52,190 nucleotides of DNA from Chromera velia (GCA_018398765.1 JAHBMJ010000261.1:1-52190); one strand, 5' to 3'. Positions 24,995-36,437 are shown, counted from the first letter of the stretch. Translations and numbers: made by a program. The notes: generated by a model from the sequence alone, not told the origin.

Positions 24995-27389
24995 CTCTGT
25001 CGATCAGGATGTCTATCGACCAGCAGCCATCGACCAGTTGGTGACGATGGGAGGGAAAACGAACACAACGGTCGGTCTGGTTTGTTTCCTTTTCTTTTCT
25101 TTTCTTTTCTCTCGCTTTTCTTTCTTGCGTACTTGTTTATTCGAGATGTCCTTTCTCTCTCTCCTTTCTTTTTTTTCCTCTCTCGCTCCAACCAGCCAAC
25201 TGAGGAGGGCTCCTTCCTTCCTTCCTTCCTTCCTTCCTCTCTTTCTTTCTTTCTTTCTTTCTTTCTTTTGTTTCGGCGATCCCTTTTGGTCTTGGGGGGG
25301 TACAAATCAGAATGTTAAGAAAGTACACCAAGATATTCTCATTGAAAGGAAGAAAACATCTTTGTCCATCCCTCCCGAGAGCATGCATACAGGTCTACGC
25401 CCCAGGAGCCGACATCGACCCTGTGCGCATCGCCAGGGAGGCGGTGGAGAAGGCGAAGAACGAGGGGTTTGACACGGTGGTTGTGGACACGGCAGGAAGG
25501 CAGGCGATAGATGAAGATTTGATGGACGAACTGGCTCGAATCAAAAACACAGTCAAGGTCAGCTCGCTGCTTTGATTTTATTCTGCTGTGCATGCGCCCT
25601 CTCATTTTCGGCTCGTCCATCCTGTGAGACATTCATTCATTCATTCATGCATTCATTCATGCTTTTTTTTATTCATTCATTCATGTACTGATTCATTCAG
25701 CCATTCAGTCACTCGGTCAGTCATCTCTTCTTTCCTTCCTTCTTCGTGGTGTGTCTGCTCGAACTGCTCTTGGAATTTTCCCCTGCAGTCTCGTTTCATC
25801 CTTTCTGCAGCAGCATCCAGATTTGGGGTTGCCCGAATGAATGAATACGTGAATGAAGGAAGAAGGGAGAGAACGAAGAAATGGGATGATGAATAGATGG
25901 ATGGATGAATGAATGAGTGAATGAATGAATGAATGAGTGCAGCCTGATGAAACCCTCCTGGTGGTCGATGCGATGACGGGTCAGTCTTTGTGTTGGTCTG
26001 TGTGTTCATCTTTCTCTCTGTCTGTTGGTCTGTATGTTGGTGGGATGGGGATCGGACCCATTTGTCCGTCGTCTGGCTTTGGTTGTGTGCCTCTCCATCT
26101 CCCTCTTCTCTGAAGGTTCCATGCCGTTCTTTCTTCCTTCCTTCCTTTCTTCCTTCCTGGATGTCTAGACTGCGGGAGGGATCAAAAGGCGAGCGGACGA
26201 AACGAAATATTCAATTTGTGCTTCGAAGTCGAGTCAGTGCACCTTGCAAGAGTCAAAGCTTTCTTTTTTCTCTTCCTTCAAGACCCATGCCCATCTCTTC
26301 CTTCCCCTGCTGTTTCCTTCCTCTTCCTATTCCTCCGTGTGTGTGTGTGTCTCTGTTCCTGTGTGTGCAGGCCAAGAGGCTGCCGCGTTGACCCGCCAAT
26401 TCGACGAGAGGATTGGAATCACGGGGGCCGTGTTGACAAAATTGGATGGAGACACAAGGGGGGGGGCAGCGCTTTCGGTCAGTCAGACAGTCAGGCAGTC
26501 AGTTAGTCCAACAAGATAGATAGGCAAGGAGACTGCAGGAAGACGGGTCGCGCAATTCTCTTTCTCTGCCTTGTCTCTTCTCGGTCTGATGGCGTGGGTC
26601 TCTGACGATCGCTAGGAGGGAGGGCGGGACGGAAGAAGAGACCAATCAACGAGTGAGTGTGAACATAGACAAACCGGCATGCTGAAGTCCAGTCCAAATA
26701 GAGCGTACAGTGATCGAATGAACCTTGCAAGGTCCTTTCTGCATCCATCGTGGTTTGACTGCCGCCCGATTGATTTTTTGTTTTGTCATTTCATTCAATT
26801 GGCACTCAGGCAGGAGGCTGTCCTTTCCTCTCCCTTCAGCCACAGAATAGAGAGAGACGCTGAATTTCTTCCTTTCAGTTTTTTGAACGAAGGTGTTTCT
26901 TTCTTTGTACCATTTTTTTTCTGCACTACATGCATTTCCTTTTCTTTTCTTTCCTTCTTTTCTATTGCAGGTGCGGGGGGTGAGCGGGAAGCCCATCAAG
27001 TTTGCGGGTGTGGGAGAGAGGGTTGAGGACATTGAGCTCTTCCGACCTGACCGCATGGCCAGTCGCATTGTGGGTATGGGAGACATGATGACGTTGGTCG
27101 AGAAGGCCCAAGACGCGTTCGACTCCACGAACTTCGATCAAGTGAAAATCTTCAAGAAGGTCGCAGAGGACCGGTATGACTTCAATGACTTCATGGGACA
27201 GGTAGGTAGGTACGTGGGCAGGAGGTGGGAGGGAGAGTAGGATTCGTTCGACCTTTTTTGTTCGTTTCGTTTGGGTTGTTCTTTCTTTCTTTCTTTCCTT
27301 CCTTCCTTCCTTCCTTCCTTTCTTTCTTTCTTTCTTTCCTTCCTTCCTTCCTTTCTTTCTTTCTGTCTGTCTGTCTTTCTTTTTTTTTT

Positions 27390-27425
<36 letters not shown>

Positions 27426-27693
27426 TATTTATTTATTCGCATCATCTAGACGTGAGTGATTTTTTCGAAAGGCACGATGCTGTTGGAGATGTGAATTTCT
27501 GGAGCACAGGTCTGCTGGTTCTTTCAGGGTGTCAGAGAGCGAGTTGTGTCAGCATGCAACTGTTTTTCTTTTCACGCGTCTTCACCTTCTTACCCTTCCT
27601 GCGCCCTCTCCATCAGCCTCTTCATTTGTGTGAATGAATCCATGTCCCCATTTTCATCTGCTCTCTCTCTCTCTCCCTCCCTCTCTTCTCTCT

Positions 27694-27734
<41 letters not shown>

Positions 27735-28284
27735 CTCATCTGTCTTTCCTGCGTCCCTCCTTTGTCCTGTTCGTCTTCTGTCTGCTGCCTTCCTGCCGCA
27801 CCTGCAGATTGAGGCGATCGGAAAGATGGGAGGGGTGGGCAAGATTTTCGAGTTTTTGCCCGGGATGGCCGACAAGATGAACAACGATGTCCTCAGGAAG
27901 GCCGCACAAAACCTCAAAATCTTTCGGAAAATCCACGCCGCCATGACGCCTGAGTCAGTCAGTCAGTGCGTGACTGAGTGAAAGGAAACGACAAGGACGA
28001 ACGAAGGAAAGAAAGAAATGACGTGAGGAAGCAACAACAGAAAGGAGGAGAAAAGAAGTGCCCGAAGGAAACTGTGCAGAAGGAGAAAAAATCGCTGTTT
28101 GCAAAGCGACGTGGTGTTTACGCATTGAGTCCTTTCCTTTCTCTCTTCTCGCCTACTGCCCACCTTTCTTTCTTGAATTACCCCCCCCCCTCTCTCTCTT
28201 TCTCTCTCTCTTTGCGTGTGCGGTGCATGTGCTCGTGCGCTTGTGTGTGCGTTTGTGCGTGCGTGTGTGAGTGAATCTGCGTCC

Positions 28285-28315
<31 letters not shown>

Positions 28316-29155
28316 TGTGTGTGCGTAAGGGGGGGAGAGAGAGAGTCATGTGTTGTTCGCATGGAGACTTGGTCTACTCTTTGACAGATAGCCTGTCTGG
28401 GTGATCAAATTTCTTCGTGATTTATTGCAGGGAGCGAAAGAATCCGAAGGCCTTCATTCGAGGAAAGCAGGCTGATGAGAGGATCACCAGAATTGCAGCA
28501 GAAACGGGTCTGACGATGTACGCGGTGCGGTCGTTCACTACTCAATTTATGCAGGTCAGTCTGTCAGTCTCTTGATCTTTCTGGTATCTCCCTAATGTTT
28601 CTCTCTTGGTTTCTTCCTTCCTTCCTTCCTTCCTTCCTTCGTTCTCTTCCTTCCTTGCTTCGGTCTTTTGTCTTGTGTGTTTGTCTCTCTATTCCCTCCC
28701 TACTGACCCTCCGTCCCTGTCCTGGGGCATCCATGTTGGCTGAATTTGTTCGAGATCCTTTTGAGGAGACTGAATATTGGAGAGCTGCATGGCTATCGTA
28801 GGGGGACTTCTGTCCATCGTCTCCCTCCTTGGTTTGTTGTCCATTTCGTTTTTTTTTTTTTTTTTGAAAATGTGGGCTCACTGCTTCTCTCGATACTTGG
28901 ATGAACACACGGAGCGAAAATTGAATACCCTCTTTTCATGCGAACGTTTGCTTCTTTCTTTCTGTCTGTCTGTCTTTCTTTCTTTCTTTCTTTCTACGCG
29001 AAACGCAGATCAGAAAGGCCATGAAGCAACAGACCCAAAAGACTTTCGGGTCGATGGACTATCTGAAGGGAAAGAGCGTGGAAGATTTGAAGAAAATGAG
29101 TCCAGACGATTTGAAGGCTCTCAACACGGCGGTACGTGAGTGGGTGGGTCAACGG

Positions 29156-29198
<43 letters not shown>

Positions 29199-29605
29199 CG
29201 CTGCTTTCTTTCTGTGAAGCATTCATTCGTTTGTTTCTACACGCCATCTTTGCATTTTCTTTTTGTGCATCTTTTTTCCTTCCTTCCTTCCTTCATTTTT
29301 TCCTTTTTTACTATTTTGCTTTTTGTTTTCTGTCCCTCTGTCTCTTTGCACCCCCCCCCTCTACATTTTTGTTCCCCAGGTGGTGTGCGTGTGAGTGACT
29401 CCGACCAAGATTGTCTGTCCTCCACTCTCCCTCCTGTCCTCTGCAGGCTGAAGCGGGTCAGCAGGCAGCCACGGGGCAGAACATCCCGAGGAAGATGCGG
29501 AGGCAGATGGAGATCAAGGGGGCCAGCGCCAAAGAAGTGCAGCGGCAGGCACAGGAAAGGCAGGCTAACATGATGCGCCAAGGAGGAGGAGGAGGACCAA
29601 AGTGA
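22683..29605 (+). CDS. cpSRP54: Plastid signal recognition particle 54-kDa subunit (cpSRP54/Ffh type) with bipartite leader; 13 exons, about 593 aa
   Basis: Exons 22683-22773, 22923-23013, 23614-23854, 24251-24454, 25008-25070, 25393-25557, 25943-25979, 26371-26477, 26971-27201, 27808-27953, 28431-28554, 29009-29131, 29447-29605: all GT-AG, phases consistent, 1782 nt. Mature domain starts [13 protein letters not shown] GTPase motifs [67 protein letters not shown]-domain DFNDFMGQ and MTPEERKNP. These read as bacterial/plastid Ffh rather than cytosolic SRP54. Confidence 0.93.
23042..23167. other. Assembly gap (126 N) flanked by G runs, inside predicted SRP54 intron 2
   Basis: Run of N. The flanking exons join in phase without it. 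Confidence 0.99.
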
Positions 29606-31067
29606 GGAAGGACCTTAGGGAGAGGGAACCTACCTGATCGAGGGCGTCGCGATGAGATGAGATGCGAGTTTAGATGAGATTGCAAAGAGCAGGGACGAAC
29701 GGACGAACTTATGATTGCGCCTGACGAGCATCTGAGAAATGAAGGGAACGAAAGCACCTAGGAAAGCACCAGGAAGACAGAGAGAGGACTTGCTGCGTGG
29801 AGGAAGCACTGCATGACCATAAACTGATCCGTGGTCACGCTTTCGTAATCAAAGTGAAGTCAAGTAGTTGAATGATAGAGATGGTCCACATCAATAAAAA
29901 ACTTTTAAAATATTACTATTAAAAAACATGTGTGTATCAATTGAATTCAATTCTTTTGTTTATGTAAATGTCCTTTATATGATCTCACCTACAGGACCTC
30001 ACTCGTCAATTTATGCTGAGTGTGTCATACAAAACACTGCATTAATTCATTAACCAGGTGTGGGTTAGTAAAGTTTGTAGAGCTGCACGCCCACAGAAGT
30101 ATTTTGAACTATTTTAGGGTGCACGCAGATATCAGCAGCAATGTACAGCAAGGCAGACTAACTAACAAAGTCTAGCTGCATATGTGCACTCTCAGAAGTC
30201 CCTGTACGTGTTTGAAGAATGTTGATTTTTTTTATGGTTCTAGAAGTCGCTACGGATAGGCATTTAGTAGTCTTCAGTTAGTTATCACAACTTATCAGTG
30301 ATAATCAGTCTTAGAGACGTAAAAAATAAAGTTCGCAAGTTGGACCGCAACTGAGATTTGAATTGCAACTACTACTAATTGTGACTCCAAACAAAAGCTA
30401 AGGTCATGCAAACATGCAAAAACTTCTGATTGCATAACTCTACCCACCTGAAAACATATATATGCCTAGATATATACATAGTGAATTGCGTGCCTCCACT
30501 ATGTCGCAACCGTTATATAAGAGTCGCAAGTTCCGTGAGGCCAGCGCCGTGGCGCGACTGTGGCCATGCCATAGCCCCCGGCCGACGGTATATTAAAAGT
30601 GGTAGTACCCCCCTAAGCTCAAGTACATGCCAAAAGTTTGCGAGGTTGCAATAGACCGCGCGTGGCCGCTGGCGGAGCCGGCCAACGGACGTCAACCAAT
30701 CAGATACCGTGGCCGCCGGCGGAGCCGGCCAACGAAATTCAACAGCTAGTTCATGAACTTTTGCATGGGGGCCACGGCATGCGCTCCCCGGGAGCATTTT
30801 AGTAGAACCATGCGCCGCCGCCCGTTGCACGACTGCATGCGAAATTGATCGTGAGTCGCGTGCGAGTTCCGTGCATGAGGCTATAGCCGGCTGCATGAAA
30901 CTTCGACCACGCACCTGCAGAATATCCTGCAAAAGAGTGCGCATGCCCTGTAGACAAGTGCTTCGACATTCCGATTCGCTCGTAATGTGGCAAGAGAAGT
31001 GACAGGAACAGCTCTGTGGTCTTTCTTGGCAGAGAGGAAGAGCTGTTCTCTGTCTTTCTTCGCTGAG

Positions 31068-33224
31068 ATGGGAGGAGACGGGTTGAGAGGGTCCACGGAG
31101 GAGACGGAAGTCACGTCGAGGGCCGTTGGAGAAGGAGTAGCGGCAGGAGGGGGGGCGGGGCGCATTGGCAAACAGGGGTCCAGGGTCTCTCATGCTCCCT
31201 CTACAGTTCCGTCTGCAGCCACGCTCGGTGGGACGAAGGATGAAACGGGGAGAGACGGGCAGAGACGGGCAGAGACGGGAGACGGGTGGGTCGTGGTGGC
31301 GCGTGTTCCGTTCTCTTGGCGGTCTCATCTGTGCAGCGTTGGGGGCGTTTGCGTTCTCTCTCATGGCACTGACCTCTGAACTTGCGACAGTACACATCCG
31401 GAATCCGTTTCTGGTCACCAGCATCAGGGGGTTCGTGCAGGCTCTGCTCTGCGCAGTTGTGTACTCTTTTCAGAGAATTGTGAGGAGGCTCTGTCGAAAT
31501 AGACGGAGAAAGGGGGGCGTGCTGACGACTGCAGAGGAGGAGGAGAAAGGTCAGGGTGTGCTTTTGTGCATGTTTCCCGTTTTTGTAGAGGCATGTGAGG
31601 TGTGGGGACCTGAACTCTTCCTGCACGCAGCGATCTGTATCTGTGTGTGTATGCCTGGGTGTGTGTGCAGTCGTGGGCCTTCTGGGTCCCTGTGACCTGA
31701 AGACTTTCTTCTTTCTTTGGGTTGGAAGGGCTTTCCTGGGTGGTTCTGCAGCCACTCTGTTCATCTTCTGCCTCTCCCAGTTGCCTCTGGGAGATGTGAG
31801 TGCGTTGAACTCTTGCAACCCTCTGGTGGCAGCAGTGATCGGCAGAGTCTGGCTGAAGGAGAGGCTGCACTGGCTCGTCTGGCTGGCTGGGGCGCTCACA
31901 GTCGTGGGGGCTCTCATCATTGCACGCCCCCCTTTTCTCGCCGTTGTGTTGGAGCCTGTCGGGCTGACCCCATCTGATCTCGACGTCGCAGACAGACCTG
32001 TGATCAGCCGGCCTGTAGCAGTCGCACTCGCAATCTTGCAGGCGTTGATTGCCGCTACTGCCATAGTGTGCATTCGTCGGTTGCAGGCGATTCCAATGAC
32101 CGTGACTGTGTTTGCACACGGAGTGTGTGCGTGTGGTATTTCTCTGTTTGTGTTTTTTGTGTGGCAGTCGATGATTCCGTCCTGGGAAGAATTGCGGGAG
32201 TCCCTCTGTGGGGGGGGTGGGGGATGGCGTGTCTGGTGGGGGTTTGTGCTTTTGGGGCACAGGGCTTCTGGACAGTGGCGGTGGTGTTGGAGAAAGTCGG
32301 GCCCTCGGCGTTCGCCATGGTTCTAGACACACCCTTCTCGTTTGTGCTGCAGGTTGGCGTGGTAAAAAAAGAAGGGTGTGGGGGGAATTTTGATTGTTTG
32401 TTGTGGGGCATCGTGAATGAAGGTGTCGTGTAGACTGATGTGTGAGACGGGCTCGATCGCGTTTCTCTGTTCTTCTTCAGCTTGCATTGCAAAAAAAGTG
32501 CAGGGAGAAGGAAGAAGGGAAAATAGAAACCCTATATCCATCACCTATTCGAATTGGACTGAGAGGGTCCTTTTGACTTAATTTCCCTTTTCTTTCTTAG
32601 GTATTTCCTTGATCCTTTGATGCCCTCCTGGCGGAGCCTCTCTGTGTACATTTTTCCCTGTGTTCCTTTCTTCTGGCATGTGCTGACCCATTCGGCGCAT
32701 TTGAACACTTTTTTGACCTACTGGGGGCAGACAATCTTCGGTTTTTCTGCAATTTTTTTTCTTCCATGAGGTCATTGATGATGCGAAAGTGTGTGCGTGT
32801 GTGTCTGGAGTCACACGCTTACGTATAATAATAAGACTCTCTCTCTCTCTTCTTTCCATCTCCCCTCTGCCTTCTTTCCCCAATGACCTCCTCTAACATG
32901 GCCGTCTCTGTTCATCCGTGCGTGCCCGACTCGGTGTGTGTGTGTATGTGACTGTGCGTGCAGGCCCTCGTAATGGGAACGCCTCTTGGCGCAGGGAGTC
33001 TGGTGGGAGGGTCCCTGATTGTCTGTTCTGTGTTTCTTCTCTTCGCTGTGAAGATCTACTGCACCCCTAAGGCCTCCTCGGAGAAGGAGGATGAGACGGC
33101 ATCTGAAAAGGTTGAGGGAGGGGGGGCAGAAGGAGAAGGAGAAGCCTTAGGCTTAGGGGACTCAGGGTCCGGATGGCCTCGGAAGGCTCTCGGGGAGACG
33201 GACTCGGATGGAAAAGTTAATTAA
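31068..33224 (+). CDS. EamA/DMT-superfamily (SLC35G-like) transporter, 3 exons, two apparent frameshifts (assembly error, allele or pseudogene)
   Basis: Exons about 31068-31549, 31671-32352, 32964-33224. Two EamA-like halves: GLICAALGAFAFSLMAL...RGFVQ; GRAFLGGSAATLFIFCLSQLPLGDVSALNSCNPLVAAVIGRVWLKERL...VVGALIIARPPFL; VGVCAFGAQGFWTVAVVLEKVGPSA...FSFVLQ; SLVGGSLIVCSV. The frame breaks at a 10-bp tandem repeat (about 31250-31285) and a G8 run (32210-32217). The start could instead be the in-frame ATG at 31192 or 31240. Confidence 0.82.
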
Positions 33225-34280
33225 GGGGGAGGGACGATGAGAGAAACAAAAGAAAGATGATCGAGGAGAAAGAAAAAAAGGAATGTCTTGGGGACAACTC
33301 AGTTGGGAGAGAGAGAGAAGAGACCTTACTGACATTCGACTGTTTCACTTTTTTCAGTTCTTTTGTTCAAGTACTTAATTCGTTCGTTCGTTCGTTCGTG
33401 CATTCTTTCAGCCAGTGCGGTTTCTTTCTTGAACACCACTCGACTGAGTGAGTGGGTGAGTGGGTGAGGCCATGTTCGCGTGGGGGGGTGTCTGTTTGTG
33501 TTGTGTACACACAGACAGCGAAAGAGAGCGAAGGAAGGAAGGAAGGAAGGGACTTCAGGAAATGTCAAAGAGGAACGGTGTACTTCCTGTTCAGAAATCA
33601 GTGCGTCGGCAGAGACACCGATTTGTTTAATTGTGCTGCATGCGTGTTTTCGGAATCCGCCAGACGGCCTCAACGTCTGTGAATCTACGTTGGTGTGCCC
33701 AGTCAGTCTACGTGGATGCATTTAAACAACACAAGGCAGTCTGTGTAACGGAGATCCTTCCCTCGAATTCACACATGTGTTGATGAGTGGTTCGGCAGGT
33801 TTTGAGAAAGTAAGTAAGAATCCACCAAAATGTGTGGATGGATATGAATGCAACTAATTGTGCGTGGTCCATGAGTGTACAATATGGGGCTCTTCCCAGG
33901 GATTGATCGATTGCATGTGTGGTCCTTGTTCAAAGGTAGCAAGGAGACTTCTTCTTCTTCTTCTTGCTAATAAATTGGTGTGGCAGCAAGGCACTTTTAT
34001 TCATCGGAGTTCTTGCAAGCATAAAAGGCACAGGCACAGCTGGAAAAATAAGGGCGGACGAAATCACACACACTCAAGATGTATGTATGGATCGCCTCTT
34101 TCGACGGGTCGGTTTGTCTTCATGAATGCGGAGCTAGAGGCAGACGTCTCAATAAGGGCAGGGTGGGCCTCTCTATGGGCCTTTGTTGGCTTCACCAGAC
34201 CACCCCATGCAGACTCACATAATTCAATGCGTGGCAGCCTTTTGATTTCTATGCTTCTTCACCAATTTAATGACGTTTAC

Positions 34281-34378
<98 letters not shown>

Positions 34379-35516
34379 ATGTGTGTGTGCATGTGCGTGC
34401 GTCAACCGGCTGTGTCCGTCTGTCCATCAGCTTTTTCCCCTTGGTTTGCCCCTATCTGTCTTCCTTCCTTCCTTCCTTCCTTCTTTCCTTTCTTCCTTTC
34501 TTCCTTCCTTCTTTCTTTCCTTCCTTCCTTCCTTCTTTCCTTCCTTCCTTTCTTTCTTTCTTTTCTTTCTTTCTTTCTTTCTTAAAAGCTTTCGTTCTTT
34601 CCTTCTTTCTTTCTTTCTTTCTTTCTTTCTTTTTGTCTTTCTTTCTTTCTTTCTTAAAATCTTTCTTTCTTTCTTTCTTTTCTTTCTTTCTTATGAAGTT
34701 GATATGAACTATATCTATACTATTATGATTCTATAAGCACATCAAGTTGTTACAGTTCGAATCTGACTGATTATAGTTGATGAGACATTGACTTCCAAAA
34801 ATTGCTAAATTTTTCTGTATACAGTATACATAATTTTTGGTTTTTAAATGTGTTTATAAATTGAATAGATTCCTGTCTGAATTCTTAGTTAGATTCCTAG
34901 GTGACCAGGTCCTAAGTCCTGATAAGGAGCGCCTAGCGGCCTAGACCAATGCGGTAGCTACTACTAGTAGTACGGTCTATAGTGCGATAAAAGTACGTAC
35001 CGGTAGAGAAGAAAAACATAAAAAAGAATTTGGAATGAACAACTAAGACTAGAACTAAGACTGTAGCGAAGTGAATCACTGACTGTAGCGAAGTGAATCA
35101 CTGAATCAGGAGCAAGCAGGCAATCTAGCAGGCAATCCCGTTCAAGATGTCATTGAAGATGGATTGACAGAGGACAGACGAGAAGAATTTAAGCAAAAGA
35201 AATATTGAAAGGAACGAAAGCAATGTGACAAGCATGCAAAGCAACTCTAAGACGTGCACTCGTGTACCTATCAGCAACGCAATGCTCTCATTGTCAGAAG
35301 ACTCTCTTCTATTGTCACCCCCCCCTCCGTCGCTTCTCCTTTCCTCCGAGATTCCCCTTCTCACGCCAACAGTCAGTCCATCAGCGATAGCGTCAAATCA
35401 GTCAGTTAGAATACATCAGCCAATCAGCGTTTGCTGTTCTGACTTCTCCTACATGAATTCTCTCTCACATGCACCCATCACCCACTCGATCGATCCTCAT
35501 TTCATTCTTGAAGAAT

Positions 35517-36437
35517 TCATGCCGACACCTCGAGTTCGATCTCTGCCGTGTGCAGGGGAGTCGCGGTGTCCTCCCACGGTCGCACGTACTTCAGGCTGAT
35601 CTTCCCACTCCCCGCACCCTTAGCTGTGAAGAACAACATGTAGTGACCACTCGCACCCATCATGCGCGTGTCTGGACTCTCATACTGCTGGCCATCGTAT
35701 GTGACCAACTCGTCAGGCACAGACTGGGGCTGCCACGCGTACCCTGTCGTGGCGTTGCCCTTGATCCGAACCGCAAATTTCTTTCCCACAGACACGGCCA
35801 CGTTGATCTTCTGTCCCGCTGCCGTGCCTTCCCGGAAAGCGAAAATGGCGACGTCAGAGTCAGCAGGAGCATCGGAATCTCCAGGAGTCTCTGCGCCTCT
35901 CAACTGCCGCTCCTCTGCCTGCACCTCTTCCCTCTTCTCCTCCCCATTCTCATCGAGAGACGGGAACTCCTTTCCTCCCTCTCCCTGTTCTCCTCCTGTG
36001 TTTGCAGAGAGAAAGGACAGGTAATCCGAGGAGCCGCTGGAGATGGGGGAGAAAATGACCTGGGGGACGTCGTAGGGGTGCATCTGCTTGACGGCACTCA
36101 CGATGGAGGGCTCGGAGGCTTTGGTGCTCTTGATCACAAGCAAAACCTCACTGTCCTCGTTAATAACCCCCTCCCAGGTGTACATAGAGACCACTTGGGG
36201 AACAATATTCACGCAGGCAGCCAGCTTGGCCTCAAGAAGGTTGCGTGCAATTGCCTTTGCAGCTCCGATAGAGGGAGCTGTGACCTGTCCGACCACATAC
36301 TGGACCTCTTCCTGCTGTGCCTGCTGAGGCACAACTTCGGTTGCAGTGGAAGGAGGGGGAGAGAAGGGGAAAATGCTCCATGCCACGGAGACTGAAATCA
36401 GACAGGCAAGGGGCAGAAAAAGAAACCTGAGGATCAT
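35517..36437 (-). CDS. Signal peptide + CutA1 domain + acidic linker + chagasin-family (Inhibitor I42) cysteine-protease inhibitor; single exon, 306 aa
   Basis: ATG at 36437; hydrophobic N-terminus MILRFLFLPLACLISVSVAW. CutA1 at about aa 46-147: VTAPS, A-x2-IARNLLEAKLAACVNIVPQVVSMYTWEG, EVLLVIKS, HPYDVP, GSSDYL. I42 at about aa 210-304: VGKKFAVRIKGNATTGYAW, MMGASG, FTAKGAG, LKYVRPWE. Confidence 0.92.
   Translation of the reverse strand: MILRFLFLPLACLISVSVAWSIFPFSPPPSTATEVVPQQAQQEEVQYVVGQVTAPSIGAAKAIARNLLEAKLAACVNIVPQVVSMYTWEGVINEDSEVLLVIKSTKASEPSIVSAVKQMHPYDVPQVIFSPISSGSSDYLSFLSANTGGEQGEGGKEFPSLDENGEEKREEVQAEERQLRGAETPGDSDAPADSDVAIFAFREGTAAGQKINVAVSVGKKFAVRIKGNATTGYAWQPQSVPDELVTYDGQQYESPDTRMMGASGHYMLFFTAKGAGSGKISLKYVRPWEDTATPLHTAEIELEVSA

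Noticed and set aside
22683..29605. Cytosolic SRP54 or bacterial contamination
   Set aside because: Motifs are Ffh/plastid-type, there are 12 spliceosomal introns and an N-terminal bipartite leader.
31201..32332. 290-aa and 302-aa minus-strand ORFs
   Set aside because: Antisense to the EamA transporter exons; no recognisable motifs.
35469..36395. 308-aa plus-strand ORF
   Set aside because: Antisense shadow of the CutA-I42 gene.
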